Of a stretch of DNA of 64,000 nucleotides, positions 51,393-61,559 are shown piece by piece. A program made the position numbers and the translations under genes. This DNA comes from an uncultured Chloroflexia bacterium (GTDB lineage Bacteria > Chloroflexota > Limnocylindria > Limnocylindrales > CSP1-4): assembly GCA_963828165.1 (NCBI GenBank), contig CAWHDR010000001.1, forward strand, positions 2,720,001 through 2,784,000, given 5' to 3'. The notes beneath the pieces are model-generated. The model did no database searches. It saw nothing but the letters and a program-made list of their open reading frames with translations, and was not told the DNA's origin. Position 1 is the stretch's first letter. Every line of letters starts with the position of its first letter.

Positions 51393-53240
51393 ATGACCGA
51401 CAACGAACGACCCGCCTACGACCCGACGACCGAAACGACCTCGACCGAGGTACCGGCAACGCCGATCGCGACGACGCCGCTGGCGGCCCCGAGCAGCCCG
51501 GCGAGCGCCCGACCGCGCCGCAGTCGCGTCCGATGGCTGGCGGCTGCAGGGATCGTGGCGCTGATCGTCGGCGTCACCGCGATCGCGACACTGTCCCTGA
51601 CCGGCTCCTCACCCACGTCCACGGTCGCCGGGTACGCCCCGGCCGACAGCATCGCCTACGGAGAGGTGCGCCTGGACCTGCCCGGTGACCAGCGCCAGGA
51701 AGTCGGCGAGTTCCTTTCCAAATTCCCGGGCTTTGCAGATCAGGCCGCGCTCGACACCAAGCTCGACGAGGTGCTCGATCGGCTGCTCTCCGAGTCCACC
51801 GAGGGCAAGCAGACCTACAGCCGCGACATCAAGCCGTGGTTCGACGGCGAGCTCGCTTTCTCGATGGGACCGCTGCCTGCCGGCGGTGATGCCGCCAATG
51901 CGGCGACCGATACGCCGCGGGCCGTCGTGCTGTTGTCGATCAAGGACGAGCCGCTTGCTCGCACGTGGTTCACGAACGCGCTCACGCAGATGGGCGTGAC
52001 GAGCGTGCCGGAGTCCTACGGGGGTGTCGAGCTCCTGACGTTCACGAATCCCGAAGAGGCCAGCAGTCGGGCGGCCTTCGCGCTCGTCGGCGGCAAGGTC
52101 GCGGTCGCCGGCGACATCGTCTCGGTCAAGTCTGCGATCGACACCGCCGGATCCAGTGCGCTCTCGAAGGGCGAGGACTTCGCGGCGGCGAGGGCCTCGA
52201 TGAGCGGCGACGATGTCGGGTTCGTCTTCGTCGACCTGCGGACGATCATGGACGCCGCCCTCGAGATGACCGAATCGATGGCGTCAACGCCCCCGATCAG
52301 CGGCGCTCTCACGGCGCTCGTTCCGGAATGGGCGTCTTTCCGCCTCCGGGTCGAGGGCGACGCCCTCGTCATGGACGGCGCGATGCCGCACGTCGAGGCA
52401 GCACCGGGCCCGGGCGAGAATCACACGAACGGCGTGGCGGCGTATGCCCCGCCCTCCACCCTCGTGCTCGCAGCCGGTAATGACTACGGCGCGACGCTCA
52501 CCGAGTCGCTTGCGCTGTACCGGAACGACCCGGCCCTCGCCGAGGTGTTCAAGGGCATCGACCAGACCGCGAGCCTGCTCGGCGGCCTGGAATCAAGCAT
52601 CGGCTGGATGGGCGACACCGGGCTCGTCATCGCGCGCGACGGCGACTCGGTCGAAGGCGGGATCGTCTCGATCCCGGCGGACGCCGCCGCGGGCGCACAG
52701 CTGCTAACCACCCTGCGCACCTTCGCGACGCTGGCTGGCGGCCAGGCAGGCATCACGGTCCGCGACGAGCAGTACGCGGGCACCGTCATCACGATCATCG
52801 ACCTCGGAAGCGCCGAAGACCTGGCGGGCCTGGCAGCCGGCATGGGTGGCGTGCCCGTGCCTGATGACGCCACGTCCGCACTACCGGAAGGGAACATCGA
52901 GATCTCGTACGCCGCGACCGACGGCGTCGTCGTCCTCGGCAGCGGTCCCTCCTTCGTCAAGCACGTGCTCGACGCCGGCGCGGGCCAGTCCCTCGCCGAC
53001 GATGCCCGGTTCGTCAGCCTCGTCGGTCGCGTCGGCTCTGCGCATACCGGCGTGAGCTTCGTCGATGTCACTGCGGTTCGGGGCCTCTTCGAAGGTCTCC
53101 TGTCGGAGGCGACGGCCGAGGAGCGCGCGGAGTACGAGGAGTCCGTGAAGCCGTTCCTCACCCCATTCGATGCCTTCGTCGCGACCGGCGTCACCGAAGG
53201 CGGCCTCGACGAGCAGCACGCGATCATCACCGTCAAGTAA
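51393..53240 (+). CDS. Membrane-anchored extracellular protein, DUF3352-like
   Basis: N-terminal TM; P.D...Y..V, YSRDIKPWFDGE.A, SYGGV, QYAG..I, SLADD..F pattern. Confidence 0.7.
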   Translation: MTDNERPAYDPTTETTSTEVPATPIATTPLAAPSSPASARPRRSRVRWLAAAGIVALIVGVTAIATLSLTGSSPTSTVAGYAPADSIAYGEVRLDLPGDQRQEVGEFLSKFPGFADQAALDTKLDEVLDRLLSESTEGKQTYSRDIKPWFDGELAFSMGPLPAGGDAANAATDTPRAVVLLSIKDEPLARTWFTNALTQMGVTSVPESYGGVELLTFTNPEEASSRAAFALVGGKVAVAGDIVSVKSAIDTAGSSALSKGEDFAAARASMSGDDVGFVFVDLRTIMDAALEMTESMASTPPISGALTALVPEWASFRLRVEGDALVMDGAMPHVEAAPGPGENHTNGVAAYAPPSTLVLAAGNDYGATLTESLALYRNDPALAEVFKGIDQTASLLGGLESSIGWMGDTGLVIARDGDSVEGGIVSIPADAAAGAQLLTTLRTFATLAGGQAGITVRDEQYAGTVITIIDLGSAEDLAGLAAGMGGVPVPDDATSALPEGNIEISYAATDGVVVLGSGPSFVKHVLDAGAGQSLADDARFVSLVGRVGSAHTGVSFVDVTAVRGLFEGLLSEATAEERAEYEESVKPFLTPFDAFVATGVTEGGLDEQHAIITVK

Positions 53241-53288
53241 TCCCCGCCAACCAGAGCCACCAGCCCAAGAGGAGGCATCACAGCATCC

Positions 53289-53543
53289 ATGGCAGTTCGT
53301 ATCCGGCTGACGCGCGTCGGCGCGAAGAAGCAGCCCAGCTATCGAGTCGTCGTCGCCGACGGCCGCAGCGCCCGTGACAGCCGGGCGATCGAGACGCTCG
53401 GTCATTACAACCCACGAACCGAGCCGATCGAGTTCAACGTCGACGCCGAGAAGGCCAAGGCATGGCTGGCGAAGGGCGCCCAGCCGTCCGACACCGTCGT
53501 GCGCCTGTTCAAGCAGGCCGGCATCCTGCCCAGCGGCAAGTAG
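53289..53543 (+). CDS. rpsP: 30S ribosomal protein S16
   Basis: [34 protein letters not shown]. Confidence 0.97.
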   Translation: MAVRIRLTRVGAKKQPSYRVVVADGRSARDSRAIETLGHYNPRTEPIEFNVDAEKAKAWLAKGAQPSDTVVRLFKQAGILPSGK

Positions 53544-53553
53544 GAGTATCCAC

Positions 53554-53787
53554 ATGGCAGCCAAGGAACTGATCGAGTACGTCGCGAAGTCGCTGGTCGA
53601 CGATCCCGATGCAGTCAAGGTCGAGGTCGTCGAGGAGGACGGCGCGACGGTCATCGAGCTCCATGTCGCGGAGGACGACATGGGCAAGGTGATCGGACGC
53701 AACGGCAGCGTCGCGAAGGCGCTGCGGACGCTGCTCAAGGTGACCGCGGCGCGCGACGGCGAGCCGGTCCAGCTCGAGATCGTCTGA
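53554..53787 (+). CDS. khpA: KH-domain RNA-binding protein KhpA
   Basis: KSLVD.P, DMGKVIGRNG..A.ALRT, LEI. Confidence 0.95.
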   Translation: MAAKELIEYVAKSLVDDPDAVKVEVVEEDGATVIELHVAEDDMGKVIGRNGSVAKALRTLLKVTAARDGEPVQLEIV

Positions 53788-54488
53788 GCGAGGCTCCCGC
53801 CATCGCTACCGAACGGCTCGCGGTCGCGCTCGTCCGAGGCGTCCATGGCCTTCGCGGCGCCGTCCGCGTCGAGGTCCTCACCGATCGACCGGAGGCACGT
53901 TTCGTGCCCGGGGCCGTGTTGTTCCGGGAGGGATCCGAGGAGGCGCTGACGATCGCCTCGGCCGAGGCCGTGGCCGATGGTCCCGGCTGGCGCGTCCGGT
54001 TCGCCGAGATCGGCTCGCGCGACGCCGCCGACACGCTGCGCGGTGCGTACCTCGAAACGAACGTCCGGCCCGAGGCTGACCTGGCCCGCGGCGAGGTCTA
54101 CTGGCACGAGGTCCTGGGCGTCGCCGTGCGCGGCATCGATGGCGCGGAGCTCGGCGTCGTCAAGGACATCTATCGCGTGGCGGAGAACGAGGTCTATATC
54201 GTCGGTGGTGGGGCGTACGGGACGTTCGACGTGCCGGCGGTCCGGGCCTTCATCCGGATCTTCGCGCCGCGGCGGGGGGAGATCGTCGTTGACGCGGAGG
54301 CGCTCGACCTGCGGCTGCCGAAGGAACGTCGCGCCGATCCCGATCGGCCGCGGGCCCCGCGGCGGACCTCGCGCAAGCGCCGCTCCGCCGCGGGTGAGAC
54401 CGCAAGCGGGGGATCGCCGGAAGGCGGCACCGCCGCCGATCCCGAGAGCGAGCCCGAGGCCGCCGATCGGCCGGAGCCGGCGGCATGA
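53784..54488 (+). CDS. rimM: Ribosome maturation factor RimM, apparent CTG start
   Basis: [32 protein letters not shown]; lies between khpA and trmD. Confidence 0.9.
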   Translation: MSEAPAIATERLAVALVRGVHGLRGAVRVEVLTDRPEARFVPGAVLFREGSEEALTIASAEAVADGPGWRVRFAEIGSRDAADTLRGAYLETNVRPEADLARGEVYWHEVLGVAVRGIDGAELGVVKDIYRVAENEVYIVGGGAYGTFDVPAVRAFIRIFAPRRGEIVVDAEALDLRLPKERRADPDRPRAPRRTSRKRRSAAGETASGGSPEGGTAADPESEPEAADRPEPAA

Positions 54489-55168
54489 ACCTCGAGATCG
54501 ACGTCCTGACGCTCTTCCCGGCCATGATCGAGGGGCCACTGTCGCAGAGCATCCCCGGGCGCATCCAGGAGCAGGGGCTCGCGAGGATCCGCATCCACGA
54601 TCTGCGCGACTTCGGGCTTGGCCGCCACAAGTCGGTGGACGACACGCCGTACGGCGGTGGGGCCGGGATGGTGATGCGCGTGGAGCCCGTGGTCGCCGCG
54701 ATCGAATCGGTTCGGCGCCCCGAGTCGACGGTGATCCTGCTCGACCCGGTCGGCGAGGTGTTCCGCCACGACCGGGCGGCCGACCTGGCCCTCCGGCAGC
54801 ACCTGGTCTTCGTGTGCCCGCGCTACGAGGGCGTCGACGAGCGCATCCGTTCGTTCGTCGACCTCGAGCTGTCGATCGGCGACTACGTCGTCACGGGTGG
54901 GGAGCTGCCGGCGCTGGTCGTGATCGATGCCGTGATCCGGCTGCTGCCCGGCGCCATCGACGACCTGTCGACCGCCGAGGAGTCGTTCAGCGCCGGGCTG
55001 CTGGAATACCCGCAGTACACACGGCCGCCCTCGTTCCGCGGCATGGACGTGCCCGAGATCCTCACCTCCGGTGACCATGGCGCCGTCGCCCGCTGGCGCG
55101 CAGATCAGGCGGGCAGCCGGACGCGCCAGCGTCGCCCCGATCTGCTGCCACCCGAAGATCGCAGCTGA
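54485..55168 (+). CDS. trmD: tRNA m1G37 methyltransferase
   Basis: [49 protein letters not shown]. Confidence 0.97.
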   Translation: MNLEIDVLTLFPAMIEGPLSQSIPGRIQEQGLARIRIHDLRDFGLGRHKSVDDTPYGGGAGMVMRVEPVVAAIESVRRPESTVILLDPVGEVFRHDRAADLALRQHLVFVCPRYEGVDERIRSFVDLELSIGDYVVTGGELPALVVIDAVIRLLPGAIDDLSTAEESFSAGLLEYPQYTRPPSFRGMDVPEILTSGDHGAVARWRADQAGSRTRQRRPDLLPPEDRS

Positions 55169-55170
55169 CG

Positions 55171-56190
55171 ATGGATCCGACCGCGGCGGCATCGTTGCTC
55201 GAACTCGTGGAACGGTTGAGCGCCGGCGCCACCGGCCCAGATGCCAAGGACGCGCTGGACCAGCTCGAGCAGCGCTCGAGCGAGCTGCAGGAGGCGATCA
55301 GCGGGTTCGTCGATGCGGGGCGCACGGACGAGGCCCTTCGCATGACCAACGCGCTCTATCGGTTCTGGATCACCAAGCAGCGGTTCGACGAGGGTGCCGT
55401 CTGGTTCGATCGAGCCCTGGCGTCGCCAGGGGGCGATGACCGGCTTCGTGGAAAGGCGACCCTCAACGCCGGGTTCATGCCCTTCTGGATGGGCGACGAC
55501 GGGCGAGCGGCCGAGCTCTTCAACCAGGCCCTGGAGATCGCCCGCCGGCTGGACGATGCGCCGCTCATCTCGGGGGCGCTGGGTGGTCTCGCCCGCGTCG
55601 CGCTGCGCACTGACGTGGCTGAAGGCCGCCGGCTCGCCGCCGAGGCGCTGGCGGTCAGCGAAGCGGCCGCTGACGAAGCCGGACGCTCGAACGCGCTGCA
55701 CCTCCTCGGGGTCGGCGCCCAGATCGCCGGTGACCTGAGCGAGGCCCGTGACTGGATGACTCAGCGGCTTGCGGTCCTTCGGGAAGGGGACAACGAGTTC
55801 CTCATCGCGTCGGAAGCCGCCAACCTCAGCATGGTCGAGCGCCAGCTGGGGAACCTCGACACGGCGGAGACCCTCGAACGCGAGGCGCTGCAGATCTCCG
55901 AACGTATCGGCGACCAGTTCATCCGACCATTCGCGATCGCCGGGCTGGCCGCCATCGCCATGGAACGCGGCCGATTCGAGCATGCCGCCACGCTCGTCGG
56001 CGCGGCCGAGGCGATCATGGAAGCCCAGCACATGGCCTGGCCTCCGGACGAGCGCCCGCATTACGAACGCATGCTTGCGGAGCTGCCCAAGGCCATGGGG
56101 TCGGACGAATTCGATCGGGTACGCCGCATCGCCCAGTCGATGGATGCCAGTGACGCCGTCAGCCTGGCCCTCGGCCGTCGCTCCGGGTGA
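55171..56190 (+). CDS. Stand-alone TPR-like helical repeat protein
   Basis: [43 protein letters not shown]; resembles the sensor region of STAND/LuxR-type regulators. Confidence 0.75.
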   Translation: MDPTAAASLLELVERLSAGATGPDAKDALDQLEQRSSELQEAISGFVDAGRTDEALRMTNALYRFWITKQRFDEGAVWFDRALASPGGDDRLRGKATLNAGFMPFWMGDDGRAAELFNQALEIARRLDDAPLISGALGGLARVALRTDVAEGRRLAAEALAVSEAAADEAGRSNALHLLGVGAQIAGDLSEARDWMTQRLAVLREGDNEFLIASEAANLSMVERQLGNLDTAETLEREALQISERIGDQFIRPFAIAGLAAIAMERGRFEHAATLVGAAEAIMEAQHMAWPPDERPHYERMLAELPKAMGSDEFDRVRRIAQSMDASDAVSLALGRRSG

Positions 56191-56344
56191 TCCTCCCCAA
56201 GGTTCGGGATCCACGGTTCATCACGCGGCCCCGGTCGGCTGGTCCGTGAGCCCATGCTATACTCCCGCACCGGTCGCCAGTCTCGCGGCCGTTTCATTTG
56301 CCCAGCCCGCAGCTTCGGCTGTCAACCATCCAAGGAACCGCCGC

Positions 56345-56689
56345 GTGAACGTGCTCGACGAGATCGTCCAGGACCAGCTCCGAACCGACCTGCCGGAACT
56401 CGCCACGGGTGACACCGTGAAGGTCTCGGCCAAGGTCGTCGAGGGCAACCGCGAGCGCATCCAGGTGTTCGAGGGAACCATCATGCGGCTGCGTGGCGGC
56501 GGGATCACGCGATCGATCACGGTCCGGCGCATCGCCTCAGGCGTCGGGGTCGAGCGTACGTTCAAGATCAACAGTCCACGCATCGAGAAGATCGAAGTGC
56601 TGCGTCACGGCCAGGTCCGCCGAGCCCAGCTGTACTTCCTGCGCAAGCGCGTCGGCAAGGCGGCCACCCTGCGCGAGCGCCGCAGCTGA
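56345..56689 (+). CDS. rplS: 50S ribosomal protein L19
   Basis: [37 protein letters not shown]; TGCTATACT -10 near 56256. Confidence 0.97.
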   Translation: MNVLDEIVQDQLRTDLPELATGDTVKVSAKVVEGNRERIQVFEGTIMRLRGGGITRSITVRRIASGVGVERTFKINSPRIEKIEVLRHGQVRRAQLYFLRKRVGKAATLRERRS

Positions 56690-56713
56690 ACGCCCGGCCA
56701 ACGCAGTCCCGAC

Positions 56714-56739
56714 GACCCCACCCGACCGGTGGGGTCTTC
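56714..56739 (+). terminator. Hairpin after rplS
   Basis: GACCCCACC-cgacc-GGTGGGGTC followed by TT. Confidence 0.55.
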
Positions 56740-56803
56740 CGATTCCGGGGACTTCGGGTCGTCGGCGGCGGGCGAACCTCGAAGCGGGGTACCCTTGCGC
56801 CCG

Positions 56804-57578
56804 ATGACCGTCATCGTCCCGACCCTCCGCTACGAGCGCCGCCTCTGGAACGAAGGGTTGACCCGGGTGGCCGGCGTCGACGAGGTCGGCGTGGCGCCGA
56901 CCTGTGGTGCCGTGGTTGCGGCGGCCGTCATCATGCAGCCCGGCTGCCACCGGATCCCCGGGGTGCGCGACTCGAAGACCCTGTCGATGGCCCAGCGGGA
57001 CCGCCTCGCGCCGATCATCCGCCGGCGTGCCATCGCGGTCGGTGTCGGAGCGGCGAGCGTCCGCGAGATCGACCAGCTCAACATCTACCACGCGACCCAT
57101 CTGGCGATGCGTCGGGCCATCGCGCGACTGGGCGGTCACGAGCACGTCATCGTCGACGGCAATCGGATCGTCGGCTTCGAGGCCCAGGTCGGTCCGTACA
57201 GCAACGTGGTCGATGGAGACGCGAAGGTCTACTCGATCGCCTGTGCATCGGTGGTCGCCAAGGTCGTCCGCGACCGCATGATGATCAAGCTCGCGGCGCG
57301 GTACCCCGGCTACGGCTGGGAGCACAACCAGGGATACGCCACGCGTGACCACCGTGACGCGATCCGGGCCATGGGACTGACGCCGTTCCACCGGCGTTCC
57401 TTCCTCGCACTCCAGCGGACGCTGGCGGGCGACCAGCTGGACCTCGATCTCCTGGGCGACCCGTCCGCGTCGCCGGATGACCCACGATCTGCTCGAGCGC
57501 GAGCTCGTACCGGTGATGGCCGACGATGCAGCGTTCGACCTGACGGACCTCGCTTCACTGGAGTCCGCACCGGCCTGA
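56804..57578 (+). CDS. rnhB: Ribonuclease HII; extra base near 57481 creates a false fusion with yraN
   Basis: GVDEVG, DSK.L, ID.LNI..AT, VDG, GD..SIA.AS..AKV.RD, GY.T..H, HRRSF; corrected tail ..HDLLERELVP..ESAPA*. Confidence 0.9.
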
Positions 57579-57676
57579 CCCGGCTTCGGCCGCTCGCGCG
57601 GCCCGTTGAGCCGTCGGAGAGCCCCGGTGCATGCCCGGATACGTCCACGGTGAGCGCTGTTTGCGACGCTGCGACC

Positions 57677-58087
57677 ATGGATGACCGACCCGTATCGATC
57701 CGAACCACGGCCCAGCTGGCGGGTGACGCCGCCGAGACGCTGGTCCTGACCCGGCTCGTCGAAACAGGTTGGGCCATCCTGGCCCGGAACGTCCATGTCG
57801 GCCGTCACGAACTCGATCTCGTGGCGGTCGACCCGGGTCCGCCCGCCGCCCTCGTGATCGTCGAGGTCAGGTGGCGGCGCTCGCGAAGGTTCGGCCTGGC
57901 GGAGGAAACCGTCGACCACCGCAAGCGCGGCCGCGTCCGGCAGGCGGCGTACGGCCTGCTCGATCGGGGCTCGTTGCCCGACGGGAGCGCGATCCCGCAC
58001 CTGCCCCTCCGCTTCGACCTCGTCGTGATCGAACCGGGCGACCGGGGAGGGGAGCCGCGGATCCGCCACCATCGGGCGGCGTTCTGA
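57677..58087 (+). CDS. yraN: YraN (UPF0102) PD-(D/E)XK nuclease-like protein
   Basis: G..AE, ILARN, ELDLVA, IVEVR, RFDLV; follows rnhB. Confidence 0.9.
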   Translation: MDDRPVSIRTTAQLAGDAAETLVLTRLVETGWAILARNVHVGRHELDLVAVDPGPPAALVIVEVRWRRSRRFGLAEETVDHRKRGRVRQAAYGLLDRGSLPDGSAIPHLPLRFDLVVIEPGDRGGEPRIRHHRAAF

Positions 58088-58107
58088 GGCAGTCGAAGCG
58101 CGGGAAT

Positions 58108-58291
58108 GCCCGGGTATCGCCACCGGCGATCGTAAACATGATCCCAGGCGGTTCTGATCCCGGAATCCGCTGTTTCGGGCCCAGGTATCGCCAGCAGCGA
58201 TATCCGGAGCCAGATTCGAGGTTCCCAGCCCCTCGTCAGTGACTCCGAGCCTGGCAGCCGCACCTACCATCGCCCACGGCGATATCTGGGG
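58108..58291. repeat. Intergenic fold-back element of about 185 nt with three 17-bp palindromes
   Basis: (T/C)ATCGC-N5-GCGAT(A/C) at 58115, 58186 and 58268. Confidence 0.75.
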
Positions 58292-58367
58292 AAACGCCCG
58301 TGCGCGGGACTCGCCCCGCCCCGCCCGCGCTCGAGACCCGCCCGCCCCCGGTCCGAACACCACCCTG

Positions 58368-58548
58368 TGCTACACTCCGCCGCGGCCCGGATCCCCGAGC
58401 CACGCCCAACAGAACCGCCCGCGGGCACGAGCGCCAGCGGAGCTCACACGCGAGCCGTCCCGACCGGGGTGGTGCCGGCCTCACGAGGCCGGTCCCCGTC
58501 GACACCAGGGGCTCGCGGAGGAACGAACCGAACAGGAGGTCTCACACC
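58368..58548 (+). promoter_or_regulatory. rpsB promoter (TGnTACACT) and S2 autoregulatory leader (t44-like)
   Basis: CACAC..GGGG..GGTGCCGG hairpin..GGGG..GGAGG..AACC arrangement; CGCGAGCC/GGCTCGCG closing stem. Confidence 0.7.
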
Positions 58549-59517
58549 GTGCCGTCCGTCTCGATGCGGCAGCTGCTGGAAGCCGGAGTCCACTTCGGCC
58601 ACCAGACCCGCCGCTGGAACCCCAAGATGCGCCCGTTCATCTTCGCCGAGCGCAACGGGATCCACATCATCGATCTCGCCCAGACCGTCCAGCGGCTGGA
58701 CGTCGCCCTCGAGGCCGTCCGCGAGACGGTCGCCCGTGGCGACCAGGTCCTGTTCGTCGGGACCAAGAAGCAGGCCCAGGAGCCGATCGTCGCCGAGGCG
58801 ACGCGGGCCAACATGCCCTACGTGCAGAAGCGCTGGCTCGGCGGCATGCTCACGAACTTCTCGACGATCAAGAAGCGCATCGGCCTCCTCGAGCAGCTCG
58901 AGGCGCGCCAGCAGGCCGGCGACTTCGAGCGGATGACCAAGAAGGAAGCCGCCAAGCTGACCGAGGAGATGACCAAGCTCCAGGGCACGGTCGGCGGCAT
59001 GCGCAAGATGAAGCGATTGCCCGGTGCCGTCTTCATCGTCGACCCGCATCGCGAGCGGATCGCGGTGACGGAGGCGAACAAGCTCGAGATCCCGGTCGTC
59101 GGCACCGGCGACACCAACGTCGATCCCGACGAGCTCGATTACATCATCCCGGCCAATGACGACGCCATCCGGGCGATCAGGCTCCTCTGTACGCTCGTCG
59201 CGGAGGCGGCCATCGAAGGCGCCCAGCAGCGCTCGGCTCGCGCCGCGTCCGAACCGGACGTGAGCGAAGCCATGCCGATGCCTGAGACCGAGGAGGAGGC
59301 GCCCGGCGCGTCCGATGAGCTCGTCGCGGCGCTGGCCGGTGGAGCCGCCCTCACGTTCGAGCCCGACGCGGACGATGACGACCTCCTGCCCGGCGACCGC
59401 GTTGCGCGGGCCGAGGCGGCCGTCGCGGAAGCGCCGTCCGAAGCCACGCCCGAGGAGATCGCCGCCGAGCTTGCGCGCGAGGCGGCCGAAAAGGCCGAAG
59501 GCGACACCCCGGCCTGA
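58549..59517 (+). CDS. rpsB: 30S ribosomal protein S2 with acidic C-tail
   Basis: [40 protein letters not shown]; AGGAGG before GTG 58549. Confidence 0.97.
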   Translation: MPSVSMRQLLEAGVHFGHQTRRWNPKMRPFIFAERNGIHIIDLAQTVQRLDVALEAVRETVARGDQVLFVGTKKQAQEPIVAEATRANMPYVQKRWLGGMLTNFSTIKKRIGLLEQLEARQQAGDFERMTKKEAAKLTEEMTKLQGTVGGMRKMKRLPGAVFIVDPHRERIAVTEANKLEIPVVGTGDTNVDPDELDYIIPANDDAIRAIRLLCTLVAEAAIEGAQQRSARAASEPDVSEAMPMPETEEEAPGASDELVAALAGGAALTFEPDADDDDLLPGDRVARAEAAVAEAPSEATPEEIAAELAREAAEKAEGDTPA

Positions 59518-59644
59518 CCCGATGGCAGCCGGTTCGAAGGCCTCGAGCCACCACGAGCCGGCTACCCGATCAGGCACCCATCCAGCAACACGCGCGGACG
59601 CCCGACGCGCCCGCCCGACACCACGAACAGGAGCGGACACGCAC

Positions 59645-60244
59645 ATGGCGGACATCTCCGCAGCGCTGGTCAAGGAACTTCGAGAGCGCACCGGCGCGGG
59701 CTTCATGGACTGCAAGAAGGCCTTGACCGACGCCGACGGCGACATCGACAAGGCCATCGCGCTGCTGCGCGAACGAGGCCTCGCGGCCGCGGCCAAGAAG
59801 TCGGGGCGTGACGCCCGCGAGGGCCTCGTCTCCAGCTACATCCACACGGGTGGCCGTGTCGGCGTCCTGATCGAGGTCAACTGCGAGACGGACTTCGTGG
59901 CGCGGACCGAAGAGTTCCAGAAGCTCGTTCGGGACCTCGCGGTCCAGGTCGCCGGGCTCGCCCCGCTCTATGTCGACGAGGCGGGCATACCGCCGGACGC
60001 CCTCGAGGCGAAGAAGGCCGAGCTCCTCAAGGACGAGTCAGTCCAGAAGAAGCCCGAGAACATCCGCGCACAGATCGTCGAGGGCCAGCTCAAGAAGTGG
60101 TACTCGCAGGTCTGCCTCGTCGATCAGCCCTTTCGCGATGAGGAGCGCACCGTCGGCGAGCTGATCACGGAGAAGATCGCCACGATCGGCGAGCACATCC
60201 GTGTCCGTCGGTTCGTCCGCTATGCGCTCGGGGAGGAGCTGTGA
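59645..60244 (+). CDS. tsf: Elongation factor Ts (short form)
   Basis: [35 protein letters not shown]. Confidence 0.97.
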   Translation: MADISAALVKELRERTGAGFMDCKKALTDADGDIDKAIALLRERGLAAAAKKSGRDAREGLVSSYIHTGGRVGVLIEVNCETDFVARTEEFQKLVRDLAVQVAGLAPLYVDEAGIPPDALEAKKAELLKDESVQKKPENIRAQIVEGQLKKWYSQVCLVDQPFRDEERTVGELITEKIATIGEHIRVRRFVRYALGEEL

Positions 60245-61005
60245 CCCAGGCCGCGACCACTACGGCAGCACCGGATCCGGCCGTTCGCTACCGCCGCATC
60301 CTGCTCAAGCTGTCCGGCGAGGCGCTGCTGGGCGACCGTTCGTATGGCGTGGACCCCGCGTACTGCATGTTCATCGCCAAGCAGGTCGCCGAGGTCCACC
60401 GTCTGGGCGTCCAGGTCGGGATCGTCGTGGGCGGCGGAAACATCTTCCGCGGCATGGCGGCAGCGGCATCGGGCATGGACCGTGCGACCGGTGACTACAT
60501 CGGGATGCTGGCGACGGTCATGAATGGCCTCGCGCTGCAGGACGCGCTCGAAAAGGCCGGCATCACGACGCGCGTCATGTCGGCGATCGCGATGAACGAG
60601 GTCGCAGAGCCCTACATCCGCCGTCGTGCCATCCGTCACCTCGAGAAGGGCCGGGTCGCGATCTTCGTGGCCGGCACCGGCAACCCGTACTTCACGACGG
60701 ACACGGCCGCAGCCCTACGCGCGGTCGAGATCAACGCCGAGGTCCTGCTCAAGGCGACCAAGGTGGATGGTGTCTACGATCATGATCCGGTGACGCATCC
60801 CGATGCGCGGCGGTACGCTCAGCTCGGCTACGCCGACCTGCTTCGTGACCAGCTCAAGGTCATGGACGCCGCGGCCGTCAGCCTGTGCATGGAGAACGAC
60901 CTGCCCATCGTCGTCTTCGACCTCAATTCACCTGACAACATCACGAAGGTCGCGGCCGGAGAGCCGGTCGGGACCCTCATCTCGAGCGGAGGTGCGGTCG
61001 CATGA
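60241..61005 (+). CDS. pyrH: UMP kinase
   Basis: [35 protein letters not shown]. Confidence 0.97.
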   Translation: MTQAATTTAAPDPAVRYRRILLKLSGEALLGDRSYGVDPAYCMFIAKQVAEVHRLGVQVGIVVGGGNIFRGMAAAASGMDRATGDYIGMLATVMNGLALQDALEKAGITTRVMSAIAMNEVAEPYIRRRAIRHLEKGRVAIFVAGTGNPYFTTDTAAALRAVEINAEVLLKATKVDGVYDHDPVTHPDARRYAQLGYADLLRDQLKVMDAAAVSLCMENDLPIVVFDLNSPDNITKVAAGEPVGTLISSGGAVA

Positions 61006-61559
61006 GCACCGAGATCCTCGCAGAAGCGGACCAGAAGATGGCACGCGCCGTCGAGGCGATGGAGCGTGACTTCCAGGGCGTCCGGACGGGGCGCGCCTCG
61101 ACCGCGCTCGTCGAACGCATCACGGTCGACTACTACGGCACCCAGACCCCGCTCAACCAGCTGGCCGGGATCAGCGTCCCGGAGCCGCACCAGATCGTCA
61201 TCCAGCCGTGGGACCGCGGGGTCCTCGGCGCGATCGAAAAGGCGATCACGAAGTCCGACATCGGCATCACGCCCAACGTCGATGGCACGGTCGTGCGGCT
61301 CAACATCCCGCCCCTGACCGAGGAACGTCGCAAGGACCTGGTCAAGATCGTCCACAAGCGCATGGAAGAGGCCCGCGTCGAGATCCGCAACATCCGGCGC
61401 GACGCCAACGACCACCTCAAGAAGGAAGAGCGCGACGGCACCGTCGGAGCCGACGAGGGGCATCGCCAGATCGACGTGCTCCAGAAGACCACCGACCGCC
61501 ACATCGCCGAAGTCGATCGACGCGGCGGCGCGAAGGAACAGGAGGTCCTCGAGGTCTAG
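61002..61559 (+). CDS. frr: Ribosome recycling factor
   Basis: [31 protein letters not shown]. Confidence 0.97.
   Translation: MSTEILAEADQKMARAVEAMERDFQGVRTGRASTALVERITVDYYGTQTPLNQLAGISVPEPHQIVIQPWDRGVLGAIEKAITKSDIGITPNVDGTVVRLNIPPLTEERRKDLVKIVHKRMEEARVEIRNIRRDANDHLKKEERDGTVGADEGHRQIDVLQKTTDRHIAEVDRRGGAKEQEVLEV

Noticed and set aside
56729-58087. RNase HII-YraN fusion (452-aa ORF)
   Set aside because: The linker reads as off-frame sequence. The +1 frame after 57481 has typical codons and stops at 57578, and yraN has its own ATG at 57677.
58108-58291. Mini CRISPR array
   Set aside because: Repeats are degenerate, the third is inverted, the spacing is unequal (71 and 82 nt) and there are no cas genes. 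Kept only as a fold-back element.
59645-60244. Short 199-aa EF-Ts, and acidic tails on S2 and S6
   Set aside because: Well-known variants in several phyla.
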